Below are positions 1 to 12,803 of a stretch of 32,000 bases of DNA, piece after piece. The stretch's first letter is position 1. Each line of letters begins with the position of its first letter. Under the pieces are notes generated by a model. It had not been told where the DNA came from. It ran no database searches and worked only from the letters and a program-made list of their open reading frames with translations. The translations under genes were made by a program, and so were the position numbers. The stretch spans positions 120,001 to 152,000 of the forward strand of contig OY970170.1 of assembly GCA_963706795.1 (NCBI GenBank), written 5' to 3'. The DNA comes from Candidatus Saccharimonadota bacterium (GTDB lineage: Bacteria > Patescibacteriota > Gracilibacteria > BD1-5 > UBA2023).

Positions 1-32
1 AAAAATAGAGCGATAATTCGCTCTATTTTTTG
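1..32 (-). terminator. Hairpin terminator at the 3' end of the leuS-GNAT operon
   Basis: Inverted repeat TAGAGCG (6-12) / CGCTCTA (19-25) flanked by an A-run and a T-run. It overlaps the TAG stop (23-25) of the GNAT CDS. Confidence 0.45.
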
Positions 33-593
33 TCGTTCTGTATTACTGGTACCTGGAATGTAATATCCATTTCATCCACTCATCACCATGGGCGTATTTC
101 TCGGGTGATTTCAACTCCACCAAAACTCTCGGCGAGTGCACGACTTCAGATATTTTTTTCGAGACATCGGTGCATCACACTCTGATACTGTGGATAGGTC
201 TCGTGCATCCATTTGAGGATCGCAGCATATGCCTCAGATCCATATCCCCTACCCTGAAACTCAGGCGCGAGCCAGAGCCCAATCTCCGGTCCATCGGTAT
301 CATGAAAATGAAGCCCAATCGTCCCAAGAAACTCGTTAACCGAAGTAGTATAAATAAATCGACTCAGTGCCTTCTTGTAGAATTCTTTTTGGATTTGCCC
401 TTCTAAGAAGATTTTCTCGGCCTGAATATCTGCTGGAATGTTATAATTTACAAATCGATCAACATTCGCCCTCACAAATTTACCGTACACCTCAGCAACA
501 TTCTCCGTATGAAACGGCACCAAACGAAGACGCTCAGTCGTGATAATTGTCTTCCAGGTGGTATCTGGATGAAATGTAATGTGAGGCGGAATA

Positions 594-601
<8 letters not shown>
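23..601 (-). CDS. GNAT family N-acetyltransferase (RimJ/RimL-like), 192 aa under table 25
   Basis: Track ORF 146..601 carries the acetyl-CoA motif QGRGYGSEA. It ends on TGA (146-148). Read as Gly, the frame continues (…EKNI-G-SRALAESFGGVEI…) through two more TGA codons to TAG at 23-25. The ATG (599-601) overlaps the leuS TAA by 8 nt (ATGCGTAA). Confidence 0.8.
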
Positions 602-3587
<2,986 letters not shown>

Positions 3588-3640
3588 ATTTGAAGGATGA
3601 GATTGTGGCGTATTTTAGAGAAAAGAAGCGCTTTGTCACG

Positions 3641-3674
3641 AAAAATCCCGCCTCTTGCGAGACGGGATTTGTTT
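3641..3674 (-). terminator. Rho-independent terminator downstream of the pilin-like gene
   Basis: Hairpin ATCCCGCCTC-TTGC-GAGACGGGAT (3645-3669), followed on the minus strand by a T-run. Confidence 0.6.
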
Positions 3675-3682
3675 GGGTTGAA

Positions 3683-4036
3683 TTACGCCTGAATGAGACG
3701 GAGAACAAACGAAACAATCGAGCTCGCGAGGAAGATCACGAGTAGACCCATAGCACCGTGCATGAGGATAGTCTTTCCCTTCTTTACCTTTTCTTCGTCA
3801 CCTCCTGAAGTGAGGATGAGGAAACCTCCGTAGAGAGCGTATGCTACAGCGATGAGGTAGAGGAGATTCGTAACAAAAGAGATGATGCTCTGAACACCAG
3901 TTTCGAGATTGTCAGAACGTCCTTTAAGACGCTCATCTACTTTTTCAACACCGGCATTGATACCCGCAGCGTATGTAGACTGAACGATTGTTGCAGCAGC
4001 CACTGAGCTGTAGGCGAGAGATTTCAGAGAGTTCAT
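3683..4036 (-). CDS. Small secreted two-TM protein, TrbC/VirB2-like (T4SS-type) pilin candidate
   Basis: 117 aa. It has a signal-peptide-like N-terminus (…VQSTYA/AG) and two hydrophobic helices (LLYLIAVAYALYGGFLIL and AMGLLVIFLASSIVSFVL) separated by a basic loop. It stops on TAA. The family call rests on architecture only. Confidence 0.5.
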   Translation of the reverse strand: MNSLKSLAYSSVAAATIVQSTYAAGINAGVEKVDERLKGRSDNLETGVQSIISFVTNLLYLIAVAYALYGGFLILTSGGDEEKVKKGKTILMHGAMGLLVIFLASSIVSFVLRLIQA

Positions 4037-4090
4037 AGGGTGAACTTAGGGTTAATGTGGCGCATTATAGTCAGCCCAAAAAGGAAAGTC

Positions 4091-4122
4091 AAAAAAAACA
4101 TCCTAAGTTTCTTAGGATGTTT
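4091..4122 (-). terminator. Rho-independent terminator of the rpsF-ssb-rpsR operon
   Basis: Hairpin AACATCCTAAG-TTTC-CTTAGGATGTT (4097-4122), with a T8 run on the minus strand (A-run 4091-4098). Confidence 0.7.
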
Positions 4123-4263
4123 GAGGAAAATCGCGTTTTTATAGCAGATCATCGGGTAAAAATTACCCAAAGAATGCCAGAATTTTTAGTTTATACGAGG
4201 CAGTGAGGTGCGCCGAATAGCGGAAGCTATTCAAGTATCTCACTAACGAAGTAGAAACAAAAA

Positions 4264-4488
4264 TTATGCAGCGTTCTTTTGCTTGAGATCGAGAACGTAT
4301 GGAAGAAGTGCCATGTAGCGAGCTCGCTTTACAGCCTGAGCAATCTTCTTTTGGTTCTTGAGAGTAGTTCCAGAGTAGTATCGTGGAGTAATCTTGTTGA
4401 ACTTAGTAATGAACTTCTTGAGAAGCTCTGTATCCTTGTAGTCGATGTGTTTGATTCCTTCAGCATCGATCGGGCACTGTTTTGACAT
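4264..4488 (-). CDS. rpsR: 30S ribosomal protein S18
   Basis: 74 aa. The sequence …[50 protein letters not shown] is typical of S18. It stops on TAA. Confidence 0.95.
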   Translation of the reverse strand: MSKQCPIDAEGIKHIDYKDTELLKKFITKFNKITPRYYSGTTLKNQKKIAQAVKRARYMALLPYVLDLKQKNAA

Positions 4489-4499
4489 ATCGAATGATA

Positions 4500-4901
4500 T
4501 TAAAAGTTATCTGAGAGATCCGAAAAATCATCCGCAACTGATATTCATTCAGCTGCCATCTCGGCTTCTTCACGCTTTGAGAGGAAGATGAGCTCAGATG
4601 TGACGACTTCCGTTTTAAAAAATTTTGTACCGTCATCTCGGTCGAGTGAGCGAGATTTGAGGTGACCCTCAACGTATACGAGTTTTCATTTAGTGAGAAA
4701 CTGCTCAGCGCGATCAGCGATCACGCCCCAGGCTACACAGCTTGTAAACTCTGATTCAGAGTGAATTTCGCCGGCAGCGTTCTTAAAGGTATGGTTGGTT
4801 GCAACGGTGAAGAGGACAACCTTCTTGCCACCTTGTGTCGTCTTTACGAAAGGATCTTTCGTAACGTTTCCGATGAGGATTACCTTATTAATAGTTCTCA
4901 T
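4500..4901 (-). CDS. ssb: Single-stranded DNA-binding protein, 133 aa under table 25
   Basis: Track ORF 4686..4901 ([17 protein letters not shown]…) ends on TGA. Read-through gives …[33 protein letters not shown]… and an acidic tail [11 protein letters not shown]. It stops on TAA at 4500-4502. It sits between rpsF and rpsR, the conserved gene order. Confidence 0.9.
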
Positions 4902-4910
4902 GGCAGGAAA

Positions 4911-5198
4911 TTAGTCTTCGAGACGAACGAACATATGTCTCCAGAGAGCCTTCTTGAGGTTGAAAGACTTCGCGAGCTCAATGAGCCCCTGTCCTTCACT
5001 CTCGAGAATGTAGAGAACGTAGAAACCCTCAGCCGAAGCTCGGATCTTGTACGCGAGTGTCTTCACGCCCATAATATCTTCGTTTGTGACTTTAGCACCG
5101 TGTGATGCAAGCTCAGACTTGAGTTCATCAAGGAGCGCAATGCGATCAGCGTCCGAGAGAGTCGGATCAATGATCATCATAAGTTCGTACTTTCGCAT
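4911..5198 (-). CDS. rpsF: 30S ribosomal protein S6
   Basis: MRKYELMMIIDPTLSD… is a typical S6 N-terminus. I chose the internal ATG at 5196-5198 rather than the track start at 5264. It stops on TAA. Confidence 0.9.
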   Translation of the reverse strand: MRKYELMMIIDPTLSDADRIALLDELKSELASHGAKVTNEDIMGVKTLAYKIRASAEGFYVLYILESEGQGLIELAKSFNLKKALWRHMFVRLED

Positions 5199-5340
5199 AA
5201 CCCATGGATAACATCTTCCCCTCGTTATGGAGGAAGAGAGAAATAAAAAGAGAACTTTTGGCAAGTTCGGCCGAATTATAGAGTCAGAAGATCTAAAAGC
5301 AAATGGAAATTGCTGGATTCAGCTCGATTTTAGATCATAG

Positions 5341-5369
5341 AAAAAAGGCACGCATAATGCGTGCCTTTT
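5341..5369 (-). terminator. Rho-independent terminator of the 5411..6112 gene
   Basis: Hairpin AAGGCACGCA-TAA-TGCGTGCCTT (5345-5367), with a T-run on the minus strand. Confidence 0.7.
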
Positions 5370-5410
5370 AAGGTTTTTTGGATGAAAAACAAATGTAATA
5401 CATTATTTTT

Positions 5411-6112
5411 CTATCCTTCGCGAACAAAACCCTTCGCGACATTGAACTGAGGATCGTCGTTATTGCCTGGACGATACGATACTTGGATGAAGTTATCCGA
5501 CGACAGTATAATACATGGTCTGTCAGAACGATCCATAAAGATGCCTTTGATGGGATTACAGATATCCCCTGCAGCATCTATTTGGATGCTTACATTTTGG
5601 AATTGCTCATAATTCAAAAAGATCATGAGCAGGGTTTCGTAGACGCCCCAGCGGAATTCGCCTGGTTGTTTTAAACCTTTTAGCTCACGAGCCGGGTAGG
5701 GGCTGAGTTTTGCTTCGATAAAATTCATATCGAATGGTTTACCTTGCAAGAACTTCCTGATTATCTCGGCCTTGTCGTCACTTTCAAAAAATGAACCTAC
5801 CATCGTATGATCGAGCTCATTGGATATATCAGTCCATTTTTTAGAGCGCTTCATAGTGTCAATAAGGACATTGACCGCCATGTGATACGTTGAAGCGAGC
5901 ATTCTCCATGGAAAATACAGGTAAAAGCCGTCGACATATTCAGGCGATGAATGCTTCGCATAGTTAATACCGTGCAGTAACTCGGTATTAAATGTGATCA
6001 GCCTTGCTTCGCGATACTCGTTTGGAAAAAATTCACGAACTCTTTCCATTTGAACCTCCAAAGGGGCTGGCATGTAGTTTTTGTTACTAATATCCGGAAT
6101 TTCTAAGGACAT
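5411..6112 (-). CDS. Hypothetical protein, 233 aa
   Basis: Uninterrupted ORF. A Shine-Dalgarno sequence AGGAGAAGAAAAT precedes the ATG, the stop is TAG, and a terminator follows. I recognise no motif. Confidence 0.65.
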   Translation of the reverse strand: MSLEIPDISNKNYMPAPLEVQMERVREFFPNEYREARLITFNTELLHGINYAKHSSPEYVDGFYLYFPWRMLASTYHMAVNVLIDTMKRSKKWTDISNELDHTMVGSFFESDDKAEIIRKFLQGKPFDMNFIEAKLSPYPARELKGLKQPGEFRWGVYETLLMIFLNYEQFQNVSIQIDAAGDICNPIKGIFMDRSDRPCIILSSDNFIQVSYRPGNNDDPQFNVAKGFVREG

Positions 6113-6261
6113 TTTCTTCTCCTATTGGTTTGTGTAAAAGATCGGTCCGAGCTCATGCTTTCGGATTTCGCAAAGTACAGCCTAATGACCACGTGGTATT
6201 TGTCTAGTTTGTTCTCTCGGAAATCTTTGCGATGTTTTTGATACTGTGATAGCATTATCAC

Positions 6262-7533
6262 ATGGGTTTTGCAGACAGCTTTAAAAAATCGTCCTCGGCC
6301 AGCACAAACACCGACAGTCTCATGCAGACTGCCGGAGGTATTAGTGCCGCCGAAACTGAAATGGACGCAGTAAGCATGATTTTTGCAGATGCCATCCGTC
6401 TCGGAGGATCGGATATTCATATCGAACCGAACGAATCCGACATTTGCGTACGTATCCGAGTAGATGGACACTTCGTTGAGAGCACGCGACTTCCACTCGA
6501 GCAAAAGAGCTCTATTGTGGCACGTATCAAGATTTTGGCGAGCCTCAAGATCGATGAGCAGCGCCTCCCTCAAGATGGAAAGGCTTCATTTCGAGATGTT
6601 ACGACTGGCAAGGATGTAGACCTTCGCGTCAGCATCATGCCTAATATTTATGGCGAAAAAGTCGTAGTTCGAATCCTCAAAAAAGAGTCTTCCCTGCTCG
6701 ATCTCCGATCAGTTGGAATTCTCCCGATGAATATGGTTCGCATCCGTAAATATCTCGAGGGAAGTCACGGGCTCATTCTTGTCGTTGGACCCACTGGATC
6801 TGGAAAGTCGACAACGCTCTACAGCATGCTCTCGACCTATGATCCCGAGGACAACAATATCTCAACACTCGAAGATCCAGTCGAATACCGCATCCCTGGG
6901 GTTAATCACACTCAGATCTATCCAAATATCGGATTTAATTTTGCAGATGGACTCAGGTCACTTTTGCGACAGGATCCGGACATTATCATGGTCGGAGAAA
7001 TCCGCGACGGAGAGACTGCTCATCTCGCGATCGAGGCTTCGATTACGGGTCATCTCGTGTTTTCGACGATTCACGCGAATTCAACTGTGAATACGCTTCA
7101 GCGTTTAACCAATCTTGGGATTGATCCGCTGCTTTTGGTTTCTTCGCTCAAACTCGTCATCTCACAGCGTCTTGCTCGCAAACTCTGTCCACATTGCCGC
7201 ATCGCCTACGATCCAGAGCCTTCTACCAAAGAAAAGATCGTCTCTCGCATCGGCAAATATATGACCGAAAAGGAGAATTTTAAACTCTACAAACCCAATC
7301 CCGAAGGCTGCGAAAAATGTAAGCACAAAGGATATAAGGGTCGAGTCGGACTCTTTGAAATCCTCGAAATGACCGAAGGCCTCGAAAAACTCATCCTTGC
7401 AAAGGCTTCAAAAACACAACTCGAAGTCCAAGCGATCGGCGATGGCATGGTACATATCAAAGATGACGCCCTCATCAAGGTCGTACTTGGTGAAGTAAGT
7501 CTTGAGGAAATTTTGCAGGTCCTCTGAGGATAA
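6262..7533 (+). CDS. Type II/IV secretion (type IV pilus assembly) ATPase of the PilB/GspE family, short form
   Basis: GSDIHIEP, Walker A GPTGSGKSTT, an Asp box, Walker B IIMVGEIRD and a tetracysteine cluster (CPHC…CEKC). An in-frame TAG lies just upstream of the ATG. The track stop TGA (7525-7527) reads as Gly, so the protein ends …LQVLGG with TAA at 7531-7533. Confidence 0.88.
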
Positions 7534-7535
7534 TA

Positions 7536-7564
7536 AAAGACATCCAATTTGGATGTCTTTTTTA
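7536..7564 (+). terminator. Rho-independent terminator after the pilB-like gene
   Basis: Hairpin AAAGACATCCA-ATTT-GGATGTCTTT followed by a T-run. Confidence 0.7.
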
Positions 7565-7607
7565 TAGCGTAATTCCGAAATGCACGAGCGTACAGTGCGT
7601 CCGAAAA

Positions 7608-7901
7608 TTACATTTTTGTGAAGCCCTGGCAGATGTGGCCGACAGGATCGGGGGTAGAAAAACGGCGGTCCGTGGAAATATTCACCCCTGAAATCCGTTG
7701 AAGCACATCAGACAGAGCCAGGCGCATTTGACCCTGGAAGCGTTTTTTGTCATTGAACAGCCGTTCTATTTCCGACGGCGTCAAGCGCAGATCACGAATG
7801 ACTGCTGTAATATACGCAAGCGTAAGGGCATCGGTGACCATTTCAGCAATCTGAGTGATTGCTTCTTCGGAAGCATCTGCCGAAGGATTGAGTAACGACA
7901 T
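7608..7901 (-). CDS. Hypothetical protein, 97 aa
   Basis: ORF with a strong Shine-Dalgarno sequence (AAAGGAGAAAAAC before the ATG). It stops on TAA. Confidence 0.55.
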   Translation of the reverse strand: MSLLNPSADASEEAITQIAEMVTDALTLAYITAVIRDLRLTPSEIERLFNDKKRFQGQMRLALSDVLQRISGVNISTDRRFSTPDPVGHICQGFTKM

Positions 7902-8025
7902 GTTTTTCTCCTTTTTGAACAGGTATTCCGGAAGGGATTTCTAGAATATGCGAAATGTACTATAGCCATTCAATTAACTACGTCAAATACAGAATTGCAG
8001 CAAAACGGAGGCTCAAAGCTCGAAA

Positions 8026-8388
8026 TTGTCAACACAACAATCATCTCAAAATTTGAGTCTCTTCCTCAATTCTGCTAAGATAGCTTCACACATGATCAAT
8101 ACCGAAATCGAACGCCGACTTGCACAAAGCCCGCTTCATGCAGAAGACTGCGAAGAAGTGCGCCGCATATTCGAATGCCTCAAGCCTGAACGGCAAATTG
8201 AGATCCTCGCCGAATGGCCACAACTCGAGGCTCGCATGATGGCACGAAGAGAAAGAATGGAAGCAGAGCGGCTCGTACTCATCCTCGATCCACTCGAAAA
8301 AATCGGACAAATCTACGAAGAACACCTGAGATTCCTCTATACAAAAGAAGCACACACCGAACTGAACAATCTTCAAACAAATATCTAA
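8026..8388 (+). CDS. Hypothetical protein, about 120 aa, start uncertain
   Basis: The frame is open from 7978. The track start is TTG at 8026 and the first ATG is at 8092. It stops on TAA. I recognise no motif. Confidence 0.45.
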   Translation: MSTQQSSQNLSLFLNSAKIASHMINTEIERRLAQSPLHAEDCEEVRRIFECLKPERQIEILAEWPQLEARMMARRERMEAERLVLILDPLEKIGQIYEEHLRFLYTKEAHTELNNLQTNI

Positions 8389-8398
8389 ATAATCGCAT

Positions 8399-8854
8399 AT
8401 GTTTAGCCCTGAAAAAAAGGATTTCAAACTTGAATGAAAGACAGCCGAGCAGGTATTTCTCGAAAAGCTCCACGCCTTCTCATTCAATGGTTTATCTCAG
8501 TTCGACAATCTTTCACCTGAGCGGGTTAAAATTCTTGGGCAAGCTCCACATAATCAGGTACTCCTCAGTTGCAAGGCAAATCTTGAAAAATATGGAGCTT
8601 CAAGCGCAGAGATTATTGCAATCTTGAGTCCACGCGCTCGCGATCTTGGATATCGATATCTCGAAATCGTAGATCAAACTGCGCTTCTCAATGGTGCCGC
8701 TCAAAATCTCGCGCAGCTTAAGCTCGACCGAGAAGTTGGTCCATATCTTGCTGACTGAGCGGAAGCACAGCTCGCAGAACTCAAGGCAGTATATCGCAAT
8801 GATCTCATTAATAGCGTAACTGGCGGAGCTGAAAATCTCGTTATCTCCGTATAG
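8399..8854 (+). CDS. Hypothetical protein, 151 aa, visible only under table 25
   Basis: ATG at 8399. It contains two in-frame TGA codons (…KLE-G-KTAEQ… and …YLAD-G-AEAQ…) and no TAA or TAG until 8852-8854. A terminator follows. It is absent from the standard-code track. Confidence 0.6.
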
Positions 8855-8865
8855 ATTTCAACCCA

Positions 8866-8901
8866 CAAAAAAATTCCCTTCGACAAACGAGGGGAATTTT
8901 T
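8866..8901. terminator. Bidirectional terminator between convergent genes
   Basis: Stem AATTCCC (8872-8878) / GGGAATT (8892-8898), flanked by an A-run and a T-run. Confidence 0.6.
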
Positions 8902-8921
8902 AAAAGCCGAAAGGCGACTTT

Positions 8922-9098
8922 CTAATGCTTAGTTTCCTTAAGCTTGAAGATCACGTGCTTGCGAAGTTTCTTGTCGTACTTGCGGAGCTCGAGCTTTTCA
9001 CCTGCGGCGAAATTCTTCTTTTGAACGTTGGTGATGTATCCCATGATCCCTGATTCTGTAGAGATGCAAGACATGTATGTGCGCTTTCCCTTTGCCAT
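8922..9098 (-). CDS. rpmG: 50S ribosomal protein L33
   Basis: MAKGKRTYMSCISTESGIMGYITNVQKKNFAAGEKLELRKYDKKLRKHVIFKLKETKH matches the L33 pattern (…Y.T.KN…LEL+KY…HV.FKE.K). The start is the internal ATG at 9096-9098. It stops on TAG. Confidence 0.88.
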   Translation of the reverse strand: MAKGKRTYMSCISTESGIMGYITNVQKKNFAAGEKLELRKYDKKLRKHVIFKLKETKH

Positions 9099-9197
9099 AT
9101 GCTTATATAAAATGAATGCGGAGAGTGTATCGAAAAGCCCAGCTTTGACAAATAGTTTTTTGAGAAAATATGATCCATCTCTGCGTTCATCCAACAA

Positions 9198-9232
9198 AAT
9201 AAAAAAGAGCCCTGTGAATTCACAGGGCTCTT
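9198..9232 (-). terminator. Rho-independent terminator of the 9248..9679 gene
   Basis: Hairpin AAGAGCCCTGTG-AATT-CACAGGGCTCTT (9205-9232), with a T-run on the minus strand. Confidence 0.7.
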
Positions 9233-9247
9233 GCTCTTTATCTGAGC

Positions 9248-9679
9248 CTACGCAAGAATGCAGGCAGGATAGTCTTTGAGTATCTGTTTCTCGAAGACTT
9301 TTTGCATCTTAGTAGGTAAGATAAAGAGTTCAAAGTATTCAGCTCGATACAGCGCCCGCACAATGTTACGCATATCTGTATCACCTGTAATGCACAGGTA
9401 GTGCATTTGACCGTCATCAGGTAAATCAACCCAGTACACAACATCTTCTAGCTGGTTGAGATCAAAGGGTGATACCCTGAAGAGAATGGCAGATTGTATA
9501 TCAGCTTTTGGCACTACATTAAGAATGTCAGAAAAGCTTTCATAAGTTTTACTTCCATATTCTTCATTACGTGCTTCGCCTCTCAATAACATTTTTTGTT
9601 GTAATTCGAATGTCCAGAGCAGATAGTAGACTGCCTGAGTAGTTGTATTACTGGGTTCAATTGGTTTTGATAGCTCCAT
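9248..9679 (-). CDS. Hypothetical protein, 143 aa
   Basis: ORF with the Shine-Dalgarno sequence GGGAGGGATATT before the ATG. It stops on TAG and a terminator follows. Confidence 0.6.
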   Translation of the reverse strand: MELSKPIEPSNTTTQAVYYLLWTFELQQKMLLRGEARNEEYGSKTYESFSDILNVVPKADIQSAILFRVSPFDLNQLEDVVYWVDLPDDGQMHYLCITGDTDMRNIVRALYRAEYFELFILPTKMQKVFEKQILKDYPACILA

Positions 9680-9893
9680 AATATCCCTCCCTACTCACGC
9701 ATGAGTAAATTTTTTTGAGAATACCTTAAGTAGAAATATATCCAAACAAGGCAACGTATGTGATTTATATATTTAAAATTTAATCTGTCAACTATCAGTC
9801 TTTTCGTCAAGTAATCGAGTCTCTTGCTCGGTATTTCATCCGAATCTCTACAGATAAACTAGCCTTTCGCCGAATTTTCTCTATACTCACCCC

Positions 9894-11261
9894 ATGTTTA
9901 TTGATGAAGTAGTAGTCACCTTCAAGGCTGGAAAAGGCTGAGATGGTGCCGTCTCATGGAGACGTGAAAAATATATCCCAAACGGTGGACCTTACGGAGG
10001 TGACGGTGGAAAGGGATCAAATGTGATTCTCAGAGCAACGAGCAATGAGAATACACTTATTGATTTCCGCCACAAAAAAGTCGTCAAAGGAACCGATGGT
10101 GGTCGCGGTGCAACCAAAGAAATGCACGGTGCAAGCGGTGAAACGCTCATCGTACTTTTGCCAGTCGGAACACTCGTGACCGATGCAAAAACCGGAGCAC
10201 ATATTTGCGACCTCGATGAGCACGACGCTGAGTTCTTGCTCTGCGAAGGTGGAAAGGGTGGATTTGGAAATGCCCATTTTACCTCGAGTACGCGTCAGGC
10301 CCCTGCCTTTGCCGAAATGGGTGACGAAGGCGAATCTCGCATGGTCAAACTCGAGCTCAAGCTCGTCGCTGATGTCGGAATTATCGGGCTTCCTAATGCT
10401 GGTAAATCCACTCTGATCTCAGCTATTACAAGCGTGCGACCAAAGATTGCGGACTATCCATTTACGACCTTGATCCCAAATCTCGGTGTAATGGAGCACA
10501 AAGGCCGTGGAATCACGATCGAAGACGTTCCTGGACTCATCCCAGGTGCAAGTGAAGGAAAGGGTCTCGGAATCCAATTCCTCAAGCATATCGAGCGTAC
10601 TTCCCTCCTCTGTCATCTCCTTGATATTTCAAAAGAAGAAGACGAAGTCGTCGAAAACTACAAAGCGATCCGCAAAGAGCTCGAAGCTTTCTCCGAAGGT
10701 CTCGGTAAAAAAGATGAAATCATCATCCTCTCCAAACTCGATCTCATAACGCCAGACGAACAGGCAGCCAAGATCAAGTCACTTACCAAGAAATTCCCCA
10801 AGAAAAAAGTTCTCGCCATGTCGGCAGGAGCATTCATCGGAGTTGATGCATTCAAGGATCTCCTCATCGAGCTCGTTCCAGAGGCTTCCAAGTTCAACAA
10901 GAATGAAGACGCGGTTCCAGAAGCAGAAGTCCGCATCTACGACCTCAAGGCACGTCGAGACGAACGAGCTATCAAGATCAACCGCATCGACGAGAACACC
11001 TTTGAGGTGAGTGGAGATCGCATCGAAGAAATCGCCCGCATGACCAACATGCAAAACAAAGAAGCCGTAGCCCGAATGTATGACGTCCTCGAGCGCGAAC
11101 GAGTACTGAACAAAGTCGATGCTATGCTCAACAAAGATGCGCGAGATTCGAGTACGTATTTTGTCGGAAGCGAAGATGGACCAAAAAGCCCGCGCATCAC
11201 GGTAGCTGGTCGAGTCTTCCCACTCGAAAACATCATGTTCATGCGACGCAAACGATCGTAA
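9894..11261 (+). CDS. obg: GTPase Obg/CgtA, 455 aa under table 25
   Basis: MFIDEVVVTFKAGKG-G(TGA 9939-9941)-DGAVSWRREKYIPNGGPYGGDGGKGSNVIL is the Obg glycine-rich fold. G motifs are GLPNAGKST, DVPGLI and SKLD. There is a C-terminal OCT-like domain. It stops on TAA. Confidence 0.95.
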
Positions 11262-11265
11262 TCAC

Positions 11266-11300
11266 AAAAAAAGATGGAGTTATTCGCTCCATCTTTTTTA
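11266..11300 (+). terminator. Rho-independent terminator after obg
   Basis: Hairpin AAGATGGAG-TTATTCG-CTCCATCTT (11271-11295) followed by a T-run. Confidence 0.7.
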
Positions 11301-12086
11301 TTCGTCCAAAAACATCTGGCCTCACAAAAACGAATCATCAGATTGCTCGAGGATACTCACGAGCAAGGATTTATCCTTTTTAAAGAGTGTCGTTATATCC
11401 TTGAGTACGACCTGCACAAATGACTTACTCTCAGGTGGGATGTGGCCAAAATTGATCTTCCCGCTTCCATCGAGCGTAAAAAATATTCTGCGAGCCTTGA
11501 GAGCTTCTCGGACTTCTCTAAAATCTGCCGCCGACTGAATACCGGCAATCATCTGCAGAATCGAGCTTTCTTCATTGCCCCAGAGATCTGCTTGCTTCTC
11601 TTTTGTGAACCAGTCTGGATGGCGTGTGTTACATTCTGAGACCGCATTTTGGATCATCTGTTGAAGGAGCTTGCACACACCATTTTCGTTCGGCTGGATA
11701 GCAAACGAAGCAGTTGGATCGATAACGATCATATCCGAGGTTGGCTCTGTAGACCCAGGATATATGATCACAATTCCATACGCGCTGCGAATACGCTCAA
11801 AAAGCTCATATGCAGTCTCTCGAGTATCACGCGACTTGATGCTTTTTATGAGAGAAGTCCACGTTGTTTTTGATTCGACGGGAGCTACACGGTTGAAACC
11901 CTTGGCTATAAATTTCTGATTCAGGATTTCGTGTGTTTTTTCTTGATTACGTCCTGCTTCCTCAAAGGCAAGCGACAAAAGCTCACTGCGACCACAGATA
12001 CAGCTTGGACATTTTTCACGATGAGTACGAAAAGATTCCTCCGAAAGGAGAGATTTCTGAGGATCTCTCACGGTTTGCAGATTCAT
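11298..12086 (-). CDS. Hypothetical protein, 262 aa, coupled to the upstream HATPase-like kinase
   Basis: Track ORF 11322..12086 ends on TGA. Read-through adds GGQMFLDE, ending on TAA at 11298-11300. The ATG lies 4 nt after the stop of the upstream gene. It contains CPSCICG. I recognise no family. Confidence 0.6.
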
Positions 12087-12090
12087 TTCT

Positions 12091-12636
12091 TTAGCTCACA
12101 GAATTAAGCTCAAATTCCTTGCGAACACCTACGACAAGGCCACCGGTTTGATTATCTCTAAAATAGAGCTCGTCTACGAGATTGGTAATCAACTGGAAAA
12201 GTCCGCGTCCACGCTTCCCAAGATACGAATCAAATCCCTGCATTTCTTTCATTTTGCGGAGTTCTTCCATCTCTTCGCTGGTCTTGGCCTCAGCTCAGCG
12301 TCCAGTGTCACTTACCTCGATACATACCGCGAGCTTGCCACTTTTTTTAGTGAAGTAGACATAAACCTCGTTTTTGTCGAGCGGCATCGATCCGTATTCG
12401 ATCGAATTATTGACGAGCTCGTCTGAGATGAGCGCAAAACGATTCTTCCATGGCACGTTGATAGCATTCTTTTCAAATAAGAAAAGAACACCATCACGGA
12501 TCATCTTTGACTGCGTATAGTCCGAAAGAAACGTGATCACGAGCTTGAATTCAGAAAAATCCGTAATATTGGATTCAAAATAGTCAGTGAGGTCGGAATC
12601 TTCGAAATGGGATATATCGATGCGAAGCATCTGCAA
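12091..12636 (-). CDS. HATPase_c-type ATP-binding protein (RsbW/SpoIIAB-like anti-sigma factor or serine kinase), about 181 aa
   Basis: N-box ELVNNSIEYG. G1 box VSDTGR-G, whose Gly is TGA at 12295-12297. G2-like GKRGRGLFQL. The track ORF 12295..12636 extends to TAA at 12091-12093. The start is TTG at 12636 or ATG at 12630. Confidence 0.7.
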
Positions 12637-12756
12637 GAGGACAGAATTATTGCAGCCATATTAATATAGCTTGATCCGAAAGTCAAAAAAGGCTTAATAC
12701 TCATACGTATGAGTCGAATACAGCAATTTTGATCGTAGAAATCAGCTAAAAAGCCA

Positions 12757-12782
12757 CAAAAAAACACCCCATAACTGGAGTG
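12757..12782 (-). terminator. Rho-independent terminator of hup
   Basis: On the minus strand: CACUCC-AGUUAU-GGGGUG followed by U7. Confidence 0.55.
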
Positions 12783-12803
12783 CTCTCTTGCCGTAAGAAA
12801 AGA

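Noticed and set aside
6103-6573. A 156-aa minus-strand ORF overlapping the start of the pilB-like gene.
   Set aside because: It is antisense to a well-supported ATPase gene. Its composition is Arg, Ser and Cys rich, and it has no Shine-Dalgarno sequence.
9859-9893. A leaderless-mRNA promoter for obg (TATACT at 9882-9887, 6 nt before the ATG).
   Set aside because: The -35 region (CTAGCC) is poor, and the call rests on a single hexamer. That is too weak to report as a feature.
10183-11338. Several ORFs antisense to or out of frame with obg (10658..10936, 10779..11054, 10937..11338).
   Set aside because: They are shadow ORFs of a strongly supported GTPase gene, and they are Ser and Arg rich.
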